From NCBI GenBank assembly GCA_963708135.1, contig OY970192.1:1888001-1952000 (forward strand): a stretch of 64,000 bases of DNA, in the 5' to 3' direction. The translations under genes and the position numbers were made by a program. The DNA is from an uncultured Gemmatimonadales bacterium (lineage in GTDB: Bacteria > Gemmatimonadota > Gemmatimonadetes > Longimicrobiales > RSA9). A model generated the notes under the pieces. That model worked only from the letters and a program-made list of their open reading frames with translations, ran no database searches and was not told the origin of the DNA. Of this stretch, positions 49,754 to 59,794 are shown piece after piece (the stretch's first letter is position 1; every line of letters begins with the position of its first letter).

Positions 49754-50974
49754 CTACATGTTCTCCACGATCCGCTCCGCGAAGCCGGAGGTGGATACCA
49801 ATGTGGCACCCTCCATCTGCCGCTCGAGATCGTAGGTGACGGTTCGGTCGGCGATGGCGCGCTCCAGCCCCCGCACCACCAGGCGCGCGGCGTCGTCCCA
49901 CCCGAGGTGCTCGAGCATCATCACGCCCGACAGGATGAGCGAGCCGGGATTCACCTTGTCCTGGTTGGCGTACTTCGGCGCGGTCCCGTGCGTCGCCTCG
50001 AAGACCGCGACCTCCTCGCCCACGTTCGCGCCCGGTGCCATTCCCAGCCCGCCGACCTGCGCGGCCGCGGCATCGGAGAGATAGTCGCCGTTCAGGTTCG
50101 GCGTCGCGAGCACCGAATACTCGTCCGGCCGCAGCAGCAGCTGCTGGAACATGGCGTCCGCGATGCGGTCCTTCACGACCAGCTTCCCGGCTGCCGCCTC
50201 GCCCTCCTTCACCGTGCGGTCGCCGAACTCCCGCGCGGCGACCTCGTAGCCCCAGTCGCGGAACGCGCCCTCCGTATATTTCATGATGTTGCCCTTGTGC
50301 ACGAGCGTCACGGACGGACGTCCCCGCTGCAAGGCGTAGCGGACGGCGGCCGCGACGAGCCGCTTCGAGCCGAACTCGCTCATCGGCTTGATCCCGATGG
50401 CGCTGCCCTCGCGGATGTTCGCGCCGAGCTGCTCCACGAGGAAGTCGCGCACGCGCGCCGCCTGCTCCGAGCCGGCCTGCCACTCGATCCCCGCGTACAC
50501 GTCCTCTGTGTTCTCGCGGAAGATCACCACGTCCAGCTTCTCCGGCTCCTTCATGGGGGAGGGCACGCCCGGGATGTAGCGCACGGGCCTGATGCACGCG
50601 TACAGGTCGAGCACCTGGCGCAGCGTCACGTTCAACGAGCGAATGCCGCCGCCGACCGGCGTCGTCAGCGGTCCCTTGATCCCGACCTTGAACTCCTGCA
50701 GCGCCGCCAGCGTCTCCTCCGGCAGCCATTCCCCCGTGACCCGGACGGCCTGCTCGCCCGCGTACACCTTCATCCAGACGATCCCGCGCTCTCCCTCGAA
50801 GGCCTTCTCGACCGCGGCATCGAGCACCCGGCGCGTGGCGCGCCAGATGTCGGGGCCCGTGCCATCGCCCTCGATGAAGGGAAGGATCGGGCGATCGGGG
50901 ACGCTCAGCTCACCGGCGCGCGCCTCGATGCGCTCGCCGCCCTCCGGCACCTTCGCGTGCACGTACTCTGACAT
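49754..50974 (-). CDS. icd: NADP-dependent isocitrate dehydrogenase
   Basis: [59 protein letters not shown]. Confidence 0.97.
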   Translation of the reverse strand: MSEYVHAKVPEGGERIEARAGELSVPDRPILPFIEGDGTGPDIWRATRRVLDAAVEKAFEGERGIVWMKVYAGEQAVRVTGEWLPEETLAALQEFKVGIKGPLTTPVGGGIRSLNVTLRQVLDLYACIRPVRYIPGVPSPMKEPEKLDVVIFRENTEDVYAGIEWQAGSEQAARVRDFLVEQLGANIREGSAIGIKPMSEFGSKRLVAAAVRYALQRGRPSVTLVHKGNIMKYTEGAFRDWGYEVAAREFGDRTVKEGEAAAGKLVVKDRIADAMFQQLLLRPDEYSVLATPNLNGDYLSDAAAAQVGGLGMAPGANVGEEVAVFEATHGTAPKYANQDKVNPGSLILSGVMMLEHLGWDDAARLVVRGLERAIADRTVTYDLERQMEGATLVSTSGFAERIVENM

Positions 50975-50980
50975 GAGACC

Positions 50981-52114
50981 TCAACCCCGCTCCTCGAGCG
51001 GCGTGACGTGGCGGTTTTCCGGCCCCGTGTACTCGGACTGGGGCCGAATCAGTCGATTGTCCGCGAACTGTTCCATCACGTGCGCCGTCCAGCCCGCCGC
51101 ACGCGCGCACGCAAAGAGGTTCGTGAACAGGTCCATCGGAATGCCCAGCGTGTAGTAGACCGACGCGCTGAAGAAATCCACGTTCGGATAGATCTGCTTC
51201 CCCTTCGCCTCCATCTCCTCCCCCACCGTCCGCTGGATCTCCTCCGAGATCCGCAGCCAGCGCGTGTCACCCGCGCTGGACGCCAGCTCCTCGGCCAGCT
51301 TCTTCAGGATCGGCGCGCGCGGATCCAGCACCCGGTACACGCGGTGCCCGAATCCCATCACCTTCTCGCCCCGCTCAAGCGCTCCGCGCACCCAGGCGCC
51401 CGCCTGCTCCGGCTCGCCCACCGCCAGGAGCATCGCCATCACCCTCTCGTTCGCGCCCCCGTGCAGCGGGCCCTTCAGCGTACCGATCGCCGACGTCACG
51501 GCGGAATGCATGTCCGACAGCGTGGCGGCCGTCACCCGCGCGGCGAACGTCGATGCGTTCATCCCGTGCTCGGCGTGCAGCGTGAGCGCGGTGTCGATGA
51601 TCCGTACGGCCAGCTCGTCCGGCTGCTGCCCCCGCAGCATGTAGAGAAAGTTGCCCGCCAGCGTGAGCCCCGGCCGCGGCTCCAGCGGCTCCCGGCCGTT
51701 CCGGATCCGGTCAAGCGCGGCCGTGATCGTGAAGAGCTGCGCCGTGATCCGGACCGCCTTCCGCAGGTTCGCCTCCGCCGTGGACTCCTCCGCATCCGGA
51801 TCGAAGAACCCGAGCGCGGACGCCGCCGTGCGCAGTATCGTCATCGGGTGGGTGCCCTCTGGCGCGAGCCGAACGACCGCGAGCACCCGCTCATCCGGCG
51901 CCGCCGCCGAGCGCAGCTCCTCCCGCAGCGATTCGAGCTGCTTGCGCGTGGGCAGCTCCCCGTGCCACAGCAGATGGCACGTCTCCTCGAAGCTCACCCG
52001 CCCCGCCAGCTCCTCGATCGCGTACCCCGCGTAGCTCAACCGCCCCTCGGCGCCGCCGACCTGGCTCAGGGCCGTTCTCGCGGCGACGATGCCCTCCAGA
52101 CCTCGACTCGCCAT
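50981..52114 (-). CDS. gltA: Citrate synthase (type I / 2-methylcitrate synthase family)
   Basis: GLEGIVA, HAEHGMNASTF, GPLHGGAN, MGFGHRVY, YPNVDF. Confidence 0.9.
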   Translation of the reverse strand: MASRGLEGIVAARTALSQVGGAEGRLSYAGYAIEELAGRVSFEETCHLLWHGELPTRKQLESLREELRSAAAPDERVLAVVRLAPEGTHPMTILRTAASALGFFDPDAEESTAEANLRKAVRITAQLFTITAALDRIRNGREPLEPRPGLTLAGNFLYMLRGQQPDELAVRIIDTALTLHAEHGMNASTFAARVTAATLSDMHSAVTSAIGTLKGPLHGGANERVMAMLLAVGEPEQAGAWVRGALERGEKVMGFGHRVYRVLDPRAPILKKLAEELASSAGDTRWLRISEEIQRTVGEEMEAKGKQIYPNVDFFSASVYYTLGIPMDLFTNLFACARAAGWTAHVMEQFADNRLIRPQSEYTGPENRHVTPLEERG

Positions 52115-52258
52115 GTACGCTTCCTCCCGGGGACGAAAAGCAGTGCCGCGGCCGGCCGGACCCCACCCCCTGATGCACGCGCGGGGCCGACATCCCCCGC
52201 CAAACGTGCGAGGAGCCAGCCCCGCTGGAGGCGGGCGAAAACACGCGGCCAGAGCCCG

Positions 52259-52287
52259 AGTATAGCGGCGGGTCCTGAGCGATGCAA
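52259..52287 (-). promoter_or_regulatory. sigma70 promoter of gltA-icd
   Basis: TTGCAT-N17-TATACT on the minus strand, about 145 nt upstream of gltA. Confidence 0.6.
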
Positions 52288-52557
52288 GGGACCGTGGCGG
52301 CCCGGTTTTACGCCGTTTTCGGCACCCCCACCCGAGCTCGCCGCGCGCCGAGTTTCGGCCCGATTGCGGGCCGCCAGCGCGCCCGCCGGGAGCCTGCGTC
52401 GGCACCGGGAATCGGCGCGCGCGCCACGGTGTCGCTCGCCCGCGCGCTGGCCCGCGTTCGGGCGCTCCCGTGGGTGCACCGCGCGCTTGCCGCTCCGGCT
52501 CTGCGCGCCTAGATTAGAAGCGGAATCGCTTGCGCTTGCCGACCGAGCGCGGCGAGG

Positions 52558-52598
52558 GCCCCGCCGCCCAGCGGAATGCTGCGCGCCGGGGCTTTTTT
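52558..52598 (+). terminator. Terminator-like hairpin in the leader of the FeoA-domain gene
   Basis: GCCCCG...CAGC-GGAAT-GCTG...CGGGGC followed by TTTTTT, about 75 nt before ATG 52673. Confidence 0.55.
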
Positions 52599-52672
52599 CT
52601 TGCAGGCTCGATCGCCCCGGGGACGACCGTCCCCGATCGAAGCAGCGTTCTTCCGAGGCAGAGGAGAAGCCG

Positions 52673-52972
52673 ATGTCGACCGCGCATGCCTCGCGACCCA
52701 CCCGCAGCCTGGCCGCGGTAGAGACGGGAGAGCGGATCGAGATCCGCAGGATCCTGTTCGGCGCGCTGCGCACGCTGTGCGACGACCTCGGACTGCATGA
52801 AGGCGAGGTGGTCCGGTGCCGGGCGTGCACGCCGTCGCACGTGCTGATGGAGACGACGGAAGGGCGGACGATCTCGCTCGAGCGGGACTGGGCCCGGTTC
52901 ATTCAGGTCGCGCCGCCGCACGAGAGCCGTCCCGCCCGCCTGCGGAATCGGCCGGCGCCGCTTCCCGGCTGA
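52673..52972 (+). CDS. FeoA (SH3-like) domain protein
   Basis: GAGGAG SD; SLAAVETGERIEIRRI....LCDDLGLHEGEVV....GRTISLERDWARFIQV follows the FeoA pattern. Confidence 0.65.
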   Translation: MSTAHASRPTRSLAAVETGERIEIRRILFGALRTLCDDLGLHEGEVVRCRACTPSHVLMETTEGRTISLERDWARFIQVAPPHESRPARLRNRPAPLPG

Positions 52973-53276
52973 CCTGCCGCCGCCCCGCGATCCTGCCGAT
53001 CGCCGCACGACGCCGCGAGCCCGCGCACGTCGCTCGCTGGCAGGGCCGCCACACGGGTGGGACGAAGGGTCGGGGCGATCTGGCGCGGGCGCATGGCAGG
53101 GCGCCCACCTCTTCCCTCGCAATCCATCACAACAACAGTCTTCGCAACGAGATACGGGCGCCGCTCCGGAAGCGCTGAACGGCCGGGTCCGGGCACGGAT
53201 TACGCCCCGCAGCTGTCGTGGCCCGCGTGACAGTGAATGCACCCGGGCAGCCCCCTCCCCGGACACGAGGACGACC

Positions 53277-53954
53277 ATGAAGACCGCACTCGAGCTGCAG
53301 CGGGACGTGCTGGACGAGCTGGACTGGGAGCCGAGCGTCGAGGCGGCCGAGGTCGGCGTGACGGTGATCGAGGGTGTCGTGACACTGGTGGGCGCGGTGT
53401 CGAGCTTCGCGGAGAAGCGGGCGGCCGAAGGGGCCGTCAAGCGGGTGGCGGGCGTGCGTGCGGTGGCGAACGATCTCCGGGTTCGGCTGCCGAGCGGGGC
53501 CGAGCGAACGGACACGGACATAGCGCAGGCGGCGCTCAAGGCGCTGGAATGGACCGTGACCGTGCCGCGGGAGCGGATCATCGTGAGCGTGCAGGAGGGG
53601 TGGATCACCCTGGAAGGCGACGTGGAGCGGCAGTTCCAGCGGGAAGCCGCGGCGAGCGCGGTGCGGGACCTGATCGGCGTGAAGGGCGTCACGAACCGGA
53701 TCGAGGTGAAGCCCGCGGCATTCACGCGCGAGATCCAGGGCCGGATCGAGGAGGCGCTCCGTCGCAGCGCCGAGGTGGACGCGCGCAGGGTCCGGGTGGA
53801 GGCGGAGCGAGGGCGGGTGGTGCTGCGCGGCACCGTTTCGTCGTGGACCGAGAAGGAGGCTGCAGAGCGCGCGGCGTGGGCCGCGCCGGGCGTGGTCCGG
53901 GTGGAGAACGCGGTGGAGGTGGAGGCCGCGCCTCCAGGCCTGGTCCTGGCCTGA
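53277..53954 (+). CDS. Triple BON-domain (OsmY-like) protein
   Basis: Three BON repeats (GVVTLVG..V.GVRAVANDL; GWITLEG..GVKGVTNRI; GRVVLRG..APGVVRVEN). Confidence 0.92.
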   Translation: MKTALELQRDVLDELDWEPSVEAAEVGVTVIEGVVTLVGAVSSFAEKRAAEGAVKRVAGVRAVANDLRVRLPSGAERTDTDIAQAALKALEWTVTVPRERIIVSVQEGWITLEGDVERQFQREAAASAVRDLIGVKGVTNRIEVKPAAFTREIQGRIEEALRRSAEVDARRVRVEAERGRVVLRGTVSSWTEKEAAERAAWAAPGVVRVENAVEVEAAPPGLVLA

Positions 53955-54028
53955 CGGGACCCGCGCGGCAAGGGGCGGCGTGACAGCCAGTCCGCCGCTC
54001 GATGAGACCTACCAAGGGGAGGTCGAAA

Positions 54029-54490
54029 ATGACACTGATCAAGTATCGCGGGCCGACGCCCGAGCTGTTCCCGACGGTGCCGTTCGAGGATTTCCAGAAC
54101 CGGATCCGGAAGTTCTTCAACGACGCCGCGCTGCCGGCCTACCTCCCCACCGAGACGGTTGCGTTCACGCCGCCGGTCGAGGTGGTGGAGACGGAGAAGG
54201 CCATCATGCTCACGGCCGAGCTGCCGGGGCTGAAGAAGGAGGACGTGTCGATCGAGCTGGAGGACAACCTGCTCACGCTCAAGGGCGAGAAGAAGACGGA
54301 GCGGGACGAGAAGGACGCCCGCTACCACGTCTGGGAGCGGAACTACGGCTCGTTCGAGCGCTCCTTCACGCTGCCCCGCTCGGTGGACCCGAAGGCCATC
54401 GAGGCCGTCTTCGAGGACGGGATCCTCACGGTCCGGATGGTCAAGAAGGCGGAAGCGAAGGGGAAGCTGATCGAGATCAAGGCGAAGTAG
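54029..54490 (+). CDS. Hsp20/alpha-crystallin small heat-shock protein
   Basis: AELPGL, LTLKGEK, ERNYGSFERSFTLP, FEDGILTV. Confidence 0.95.
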   Translation: MTLIKYRGPTPELFPTVPFEDFQNRIRKFFNDAALPAYLPTETVAFTPPVEVVETEKAIMLTAELPGLKKEDVSIELEDNLLTLKGEKKTERDEKDARYHVWERNYGSFERSFTLPRSVDPKAIEAVFEDGILTVRMVKKAEAKGKLIEIKAK

Positions 54491-54570
54491 CCGCCCACCC
54501 CGGAGTCGGGGAAATGGCGGGGGGGGCGCGGCGCGCCTCCCCCGCCCTGCATCCGGCAGGCATAGGGGAA

Positions 54571-54653
54571 TGCCGGGGGCGGGACTCGAACCCGCAAGGG
54601 ATTGCTCCCGCTCGATTTTGAGTCGAGTGCGTTTGCCGTTTCGCCACCCCGGC
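54571..54653 (-). tRNA. tRNA-Leu (CAA)
   Basis: GCCGGGG acceptor stem, anticodon arm CTCGA-CTCAAAA-TCGAG, long variable arm, GTTCGAGTC. Confidence 0.94.
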
Positions 54654-54668
54654 CGGGGCGGGGGTAAG

Positions 54669-55349
54669 CTAACGCCGCGGCGGGAGGCCTTCCAGTCCCT
54701 TGGGCGGCCCCAGGATCTCCCGGGCGAGGATGGCGCGCCGGAGGGCGGCACGCTGCCCGGGGCGGCGCCCGCCGCGGGCTGCTTCGGCGCGAGAAGCTTC
54801 GGCCTCCGCGGTGCCGGCCGCGGCCGGCGCCCCCGAGCGGTCAGGCACCGGGCGGTCGGACGCGGGCGCCGGGGCCCAGCCCACCGACTGCGGGCCACCG
54901 GACGAGCGGCCCGCGGCGTGCTCCCGGCGAATCTCATCGAGGGATGCGTTCGCCACGGTGGAGAGATCGCGGCGAGGCCCGGTCTCCTCGTCGTAAGCGC
55001 CGGCGCGGGCCGCCGCGATCGCCTGGTCGTCGTAGTCGTACGGCGTGGTGGCTGCGCGCGGTGCCGGCGCCGGTGGTGCAGCCGGGTCGGGCGCGGGCTG
55101 CCGGCCGCGGGCGACCTGCCCGGTGAGCAGCTCCCAGAGATCCTGTGGCACCATGTCGGCGGCCGAGCCGGGGCGCCGCTCGCCCGGAAGCTCGCGGCCC
55201 GAGCGCGGCGAGGGCGGCAGCGGCATCGGCCGCTGCCCCGGAAAGCGGCCGCGCGGCGGGGGCGCGCCGGTCCCCCGCCCCATCTTCCTCAACCCGCCGA
55301 TCACGACGAAGAAGACGTAGACGACGATGAGCAGGACGACGAGATTCAC
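54669..55349 (-). CDS. Hypothetical protein, YqfB-like (third gene of the nfeD-floA operon)
   Basis: N-terminal TM, low-complexity middle, C-terminal LRRAILAREILGPPKG. Confidence 0.7.
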   Translation of the reverse strand: MNLVVLLIVVYVFFVVIGGLRKMGRGTGAPPPRGRFPGQRPMPLPPSPRSGRELPGERRPGSAADMVPQDLWELLTGQVARGRQPAPDPAAPPAPAPRAATTPYDYDDQAIAAARAGAYDEETGPRRDLSTVANASLDEIRREHAAGRSSGGPQSVGWAPAPASDRPVPDRSGAPAAAGTAEAEASRAEAARGGRRPGQRAALRRAILAREILGPPKGLEGLPPRR

Positions 55350-55356
55350 GTGTGCC

Positions 55357-56346
55357 TCAGAGGTCGGCGGAGAGGACGTCGTCGCCGCCGCCGGCGATGG
55401 CGTGCCGCATCTCCGTGTCGGCGGAGATGTTCTTGTAGCGGGTGTAGTCCATGATGCCGAGGTTGCCGACGCGGAACGCCTCGGCTATGGCGAGCGGGAT
55501 CTCCGCCTCGGCCTGCACGACGTGGGCGCGCATCTCCTGGACCCGGGCCCGCATCTCCTGCTCGGCGGCGACGGCCATGGCGCGGCGCTCCTCGGCCTTT
55601 GCCTGGGCGATGCGCTTGTCGGCCTCGGCCTGATCGGTCTGCAGCTGCGCGCCGATGTTCTTGCCGACATCCACGTCCGCGATGTCGATCGAGAGGATCT
55701 CGAAGGCGGTGCCCGCATCGAGTCCCTTGGCGAGGACGGTCTTCGAGATGGCGTCGGGATTCTCGAGCACGGCCTTGTGGGACGCGGCCGAGCCGATCGT
55801 CGAGACGATCCCCTCGCCGACCCGCGCCAGGATGGTCTCCTCGCCGGCACCGCCCACGAGCCGGTTGATGTTGGCCCGCACGGTCACGCGCGCGAGCGCG
55901 ATGAGCTGGATGCCATCCTTGGCCATGGCGGCGACCCGCGGCGTCTCGATCACCTTCGGATTGACCGAGACGCGGACCGCCTCGAGCACCTCGCGCCCGG
56001 CGAGATCGATGGCGGCCGCCTGCTGGAAGCTGAGGCCGAGGTTGGCCTTGTCCGCGCTGATCAGCGCCTTCACGACCCGGTCCACGTGGCCGCCCGCCAG
56101 GTAGTGGGCCTCGAGCAGCTTCCCGCTCAGGTCGAGGCCCGCCTTCGTGGCCGCGATGAGGGGCCGGATCACGGCGGCGGGATTCACCTTCCTCAGCCGC
56201 ATTCCGATCAGGTCGGTGAGGCTGACACGCACGCCGGCGAACACCGCCTCGACCCACAGCCGGAGCGGCACCGTCCACGAGATCAGGAGCAGGGCCGCAA
56301 CGGCCGCGATCAGGATGAATACCGGGAAGGCCTGGGATGCAGGCAT
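55357..56346 (-). CDS. floA: Flotillin-like protein FloA (YqfA)
   Basis: [67 protein letters not shown]. Confidence 0.95.
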   Translation of the reverse strand: MPASQAFPVFILIAAVAALLLISWTVPLRLWVEAVFAGVRVSLTDLIGMRLRKVNPAAVIRPLIAATKAGLDLSGKLLEAHYLAGGHVDRVVKALISADKANLGLSFQQAAAIDLAGREVLEAVRVSVNPKVIETPRVAAMAKDGIQLIALARVTVRANINRLVGGAGEETILARVGEGIVSTIGSAASHKAVLENPDAISKTVLAKGLDAGTAFEILSIDIADVDVGKNIGAQLQTDQAEADKRIAQAKAEERRAMAVAAEQEMRARVQEMRAHVVQAEAEIPLAIAEAFRVGNLGIMDYTRYKNISADTEMRHAIAGGGDDVLSADL

Positions 56347-56450
56347 GGTTCGTCTCGCCGATGAGGGGACGGAAGCGTTCCGGGTGTAGGATGGGCTACC
56401 CGCGGCGAACGCGGACGTGCCGCAGAGCGGCCGGCGTGGCGCCCGCGCGC

Positions 56451-57131
56451 TCAGCCGTGGGGGCGGACCACGTGCCGGTAGCCGTCGGCGCGCACCACCT
56501 CCACGGGCGTGCCCGCCGGGATCCACGTGCCCTCGGCCACGACGTCGAGGCGTTCGTCGCCGATCTGCGCGGCCCCGGCCGGACGCAGGTCCGTGACCGC
56601 CACGCCGGCCGCGCCGAGGAGCTCCGGGCGCGCCGCGGCGGAAACGTAGCCCCCGGCGCGGCCGGTGCTCTCGCCGAGCAGCAGGCCGCTGCGCGCCAGG
56701 TGCTCGCTACGGGGCAGCAGGCGCGCCAGGCTCCAGGCGACGACGAGCCCGGCCACGAGCGTCGCGCCGAGCACGCCCGCCGCCTGCGTGTACTCCGCCA
56801 CCCCTGCGCCGGGAGGGACCAGGCTGAGCAGGATGCTGCCGAGCACGGAAAGCAGCCCGATGGCGCCGAAGAAGCCGAATCCCGGTACGGCCGCCTCCAC
56901 GCCGAGCAGCACCACGCCGCCCGCGAGGAGCATGAGCTCCGGCCAGCCGGTCATGCCGGTCAGGTAGTGGCTACCGAAGAAGAGCGTCAGCGCGAGGGTG
57001 CCGAGCGCACCGAAGAGGCCGTGCCCGGAGGCCTTCACCTCCAGGACGATCCCCAGGAAGCCGGCCACGAGCAGCACCGGCGCGACCCAGGGCAGGGCGA
57101 GGAACGCCGCCAGCGCCTCCCACCAACCCAT
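56451..57131 (-). CDS. nfeD: NfeD-family membrane protein (no N-terminal protease domain)
   Basis: Multi-TM N-terminus ([10 protein letters not shown]) plus C-terminal OB fold ([10 protein letters not shown]....[17 protein letters not shown]); upstream of floA. Confidence 0.85.
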   Translation of the reverse strand: MGWWEALAAFLALPWVAPVLLVAGFLGIVLEVKASGHGLFGALGTLALTLFFGSHYLTGMTGWPELMLLAGGVVLLGVEAAVPGFGFFGAIGLLSVLGSILLSLVPPGAGVAEYTQAAGVLGATLVAGLVVAWSLARLLPRSEHLARSGLLLGESTGRAGGYVSAAARPELLGAAGVAVTDLRPAGAAQIGDERLDVVAEGTWIPAGTPVEVVRADGYRHVVRPHG

Positions 57132-57967
57132 CAACTGCCTCCGCCGCGCAGCAACTCCCGGGCGTAGAAGGCGCGCTGGATCGCAAGCTCGTACTGCCGC
57201 GCCGCGAGCGCCTCGCGCGCACCGCGGACGAGCCGGTCGGCCCGCTCGATCCGATGCTGCGCCGGGTCCTCGCGGCGCTCGCCGCGCTCGAACTGAATGC
57301 GCGAGAGGAGCGCCTCCGCGTCTGCCGTGAGGCGCGCCGCGACAGCGGGCGGGGTCGTCGCCGACAGGCCGTCGGACGCGAGCAGCGTCGCGCGCACGGC
57401 CCCCGCCCGGTCCCCTGCCGCCTCGGCCTGGCGCGCGTCCGCCAGCAGCGACCGCCCGGACTCCAGCCGCGCGGCCAGATCCGGCAGATCGGCCCGCTTC
57501 ATGGCGGACGAGGCGAGCGATGCCCAGCGCTCGAGTCTGCGCTGGAGCCGGTGCAGCACCGCCGTGTCCAGCCCGGCCGCCAGCACCGGGACGGCCACCT
57601 CGTAGGCCTCGCGCCGGAGGGCCTCGCCATCCTCGCCCCGGGCGGAGAGCGAATCCGCCGCGGCCCAGAGGGCCGAGGCCCGCGCCAGCGCCGGCTGGTC
57701 CACCGAGGCCGCGGGCTCCGGTCCCGCTTCGGCCGTGGAGCCCGCCGCGCGCGGCCCGGCGCCAGCCGGCCGCGCGAGGACGGGCGCCGGTCCCACCGCG
57801 GCCAGGAAGGCCGGAAGGCGCGGCAGGGACTCGCCCACGGCGAGCGCCGCCTGCGTCTCCGGCGTGACCAGCAGCGCGTCGGGAGAGGTGGGCGCATCGC
57901 CACAGGCCGCGAGGCCGAGAAGCAGCGCGGGGAGGGCCGCCAGCAGGATCCGGGAGGGGTCGCTCAT
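57131..57967 (-). CDS. Hypothetical helical lipoprotein
   Basis: Lipobox LAAC after a hydrophobic stretch; Ala-rich helical body; TGATG overlap with nfeD. Confidence 0.65.
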   Translation of the reverse strand: MSDPSRILLAALPALLLGLAACGDAPTSPDALLVTPETQAALAVGESLPRLPAFLAAVGPAPVLARPAGAGPRAAGSTAEAGPEPAASVDQPALARASALWAAADSLSARGEDGEALRREAYEVAVPVLAAGLDTAVLHRLQRRLERWASLASSAMKRADLPDLAARLESGRSLLADARQAEAAGDRAGAVRATLLASDGLSATTPPAVAARLTADAEALLSRIQFERGERREDPAQHRIERADRLVRGAREALAARQYELAIQRAFYARELLRGGGS

Positions 57968-58052
57968 CGCCTCAAACGCAAGCAATACCAGTTGTTTCGC
58001 TGTCATGAACAAGGTACGCGCGGGCGCGCCCGGAATCAAGCGCGGCGGCCAC

Positions 58053-58099
58053 TTGACCGGGATGTGGGGCGGGTCCTAGGTTCACGTTCGGACGTTCGA
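58053..58099 (+). promoter_or_regulatory. Promoter and candidate TetR operator
   Basis: TTGACC-N18-TAGGTT followed by the near-palindrome TCGGACGTTCGA (58088-58099), just before the TetR gene. Confidence 0.5.
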
Positions 58100-58117
58100 C
58101 CGAAAGGCACGCGAGGC

Positions 58118-58765
58118 ATGGGCGAGGACCGCGCCAGGTACGATGAGAAGCTGGACCTGATCCTGCGCAAGGCGGCGGCGATCTTCGCGGAGAAGGGGTA
58201 CCATCAGGCAAGCATCCGCGACATCAGCCGGGCGACGGGGATCAGCCTTTCGGGGCTGTACTACTACGTGCGCAGCAAGGAGGAGCTTCTCTTCCGCATC
58301 CAGGACCACGCCTTCGGGACGGTCCTCGCGAATCTCGATGAGGTGCTTTCCGGCGTGACCGATGCCGAGCAGCGGCTGCGGCTGCTCATCGAGAACCACC
58401 TGCGCTTCTTCGTGAGCAACATGAAGGAGATGAAGGTGCTCTCCCACGAGGCGGAGTCGCTGACGGGGGAGTCGCGCCAGCGCGTGGACGCGAAGAAGCG
58501 TCGCTACGTGGACCTGTGCGCGGAGATCCTGCGGGAGCTGCGTCCGGCCGAGAGCACAGTGGATCTGCGGGTGGCGACGTTCTCGCTGTTCGGGATGATG
58601 AACTGGATCTACAACTGGTACCACCCGGAGCGGGATGTGGCGGTGGAGCAGCTGGCCGCAGACATGGCGCAGCTCTACCTGAATGGTTATCTCAGTTGTG
58701 CGCCCGCGGCCGCGGGCGAAGGTCGAGGAATGGGAGACTCGAAGCCCTCCATCTGGAGGCGCTGA
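58118..58765 (+). CDS. TetR/AcrR-family regulator (KstR2/PaaR-like)
   Basis: ILRKAAAIFAEKGYHQASIRDI....SGLYYYVRSKEELL HTH; GMMNWIYNWY C-terminal motif. Confidence 0.92.
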   Translation: MGEDRARYDEKLDLILRKAAAIFAEKGYHQASIRDISRATGISLSGLYYYVRSKEELLFRIQDHAFGTVLANLDEVLSGVTDAEQRLRLLIENHLRFFVSNMKEMKVLSHEAESLTGESRQRVDAKKRRYVDLCAEILRELRPAESTVDLRVATFSLFGMMNWIYNWYHPERDVAVEQLAADMAQLYLNGYLSCAPAAAGEGRGMGDSKPSIWRR

Positions 58766-58847
58766 CCGCGGCCGCGGGCGTCGTGCTGCCGGGGATCGCG
58801 GTGCCGGGGGCCCCGGCGCCGGCGAGGGTCCAAGAGTGGAGGGTGCG

Positions 58848-59678
58848 ATGGCAAATGTGATGGAATCGGAGCAGGGGGTGGCGCAGAAGACGCTCGTGCA
58901 CTACGAGGCGGCGGACGGCGTGGCGGTGCTCACGCTGGATGCCGCGCCGGCGAACACGTACACGTACGAGATGATGCGGCAGCTGGACGAGGCGCTGTTG
59001 CGCGCGCGCATGGACGACGAGGTCTGGGTGATCGTGCTGACGGGCGCGGGCGAGAAGTTCTTCTGCGCCGGCGCGGACATCGCCATGCTGAATTCGGTGA
59101 CACCGACGTTCAAGTACTACTTCTGCCTGCACGCGAACGAGACACTCTCGCGGTTCGAGCAGACGCCGAAGCTGGTGATCGCGGCGCTCAACGGCCACAC
59201 GGTGGGCGGCGGGCTGGAGATCGCGATGGCGGCGGACATGCGGATCGCGCGGCGGGGCGGCGGAAAGATCGGGCTGCCGGAGGTGAGCCTGGGCGTGCTC
59301 CCGGGCACGGGCGGGACGCAGCGGCTGGCGCGGCTGGTGGGCAAGGCCAGGGCGATCGAGATGATGGCGACCGGCACGACGTTCGACTTCGAGGAGGCGC
59401 AGGCGCTCGGGATCGTGAACGACACCTACGAGGCGGACGGCCGCGAGGCGTTTCTCGAGAAGGTGATGGCCTACGCCCGCAAGTTCACGCCGCCGAACCG
59501 GGCGGCGAAGGCGGTGGGCAACATCAAGCGGGCGGTGCAGACGGGCGCGGAGCTGCCGTTCGCGGAAGCGCTGGCGGTCGAGCGGGAGCTCCAGCAGCTG
59601 CTCTTCCAGAGCCAGGACGCCAGGGAGGGACTCGCGGCCTACATCGAGAAGCGCAAGCCGCAGTTCAAGGCAAAGTAG
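58848..59678 (+). CDS. Enoyl-CoA hydratase/isomerase family protein
   Basis: KFFCAGADI, NGHTVGGGLEIA, GLPEVSLGVLPGTGGTQRL. Confidence 0.92.
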   Translation: MANVMESEQGVAQKTLVHYEAADGVAVLTLDAAPANTYTYEMMRQLDEALLRARMDDEVWVIVLTGAGEKFFCAGADIAMLNSVTPTFKYYFCLHANETLSRFEQTPKLVIAALNGHTVGGGLEIAMAADMRIARRGGGKIGLPEVSLGVLPGTGGTQRLARLVGKARAIEMMATGTTFDFEEAQALGIVNDTYEADGREAFLEKVMAYARKFTPPNRAAKAVGNIKRAVQTGAELPFAEALAVERELQQLLFQSQDAREGLAAYIEKRKPQFKAK

Positions 59679-59794
59679 CAGAGGCTCCGGCGCGGGGCCG
59701 GGGCCGAGACCCCGGCCCCGCGCCGCGTCGAGCACGGCCGGGCGGATCCCAGCGCGCGACCGGCCCCACCCCGATCCTTCCGACGGCGAGACGC

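Noticed and set aside
53190..53206. Possible sigma54 promoter upstream of the BON gene (GGGCACGGATTACGC)
   Set aside because: The GG-N10-GC spacing fits, but it lacks the TGG and TTGC consensus and is likely by chance at this GC content.
52115..54653. Intact integrative element at tRNA-Leu(CAA)
   Set aside because: No integrase and no duplicated tRNA 3' end (att site) found.
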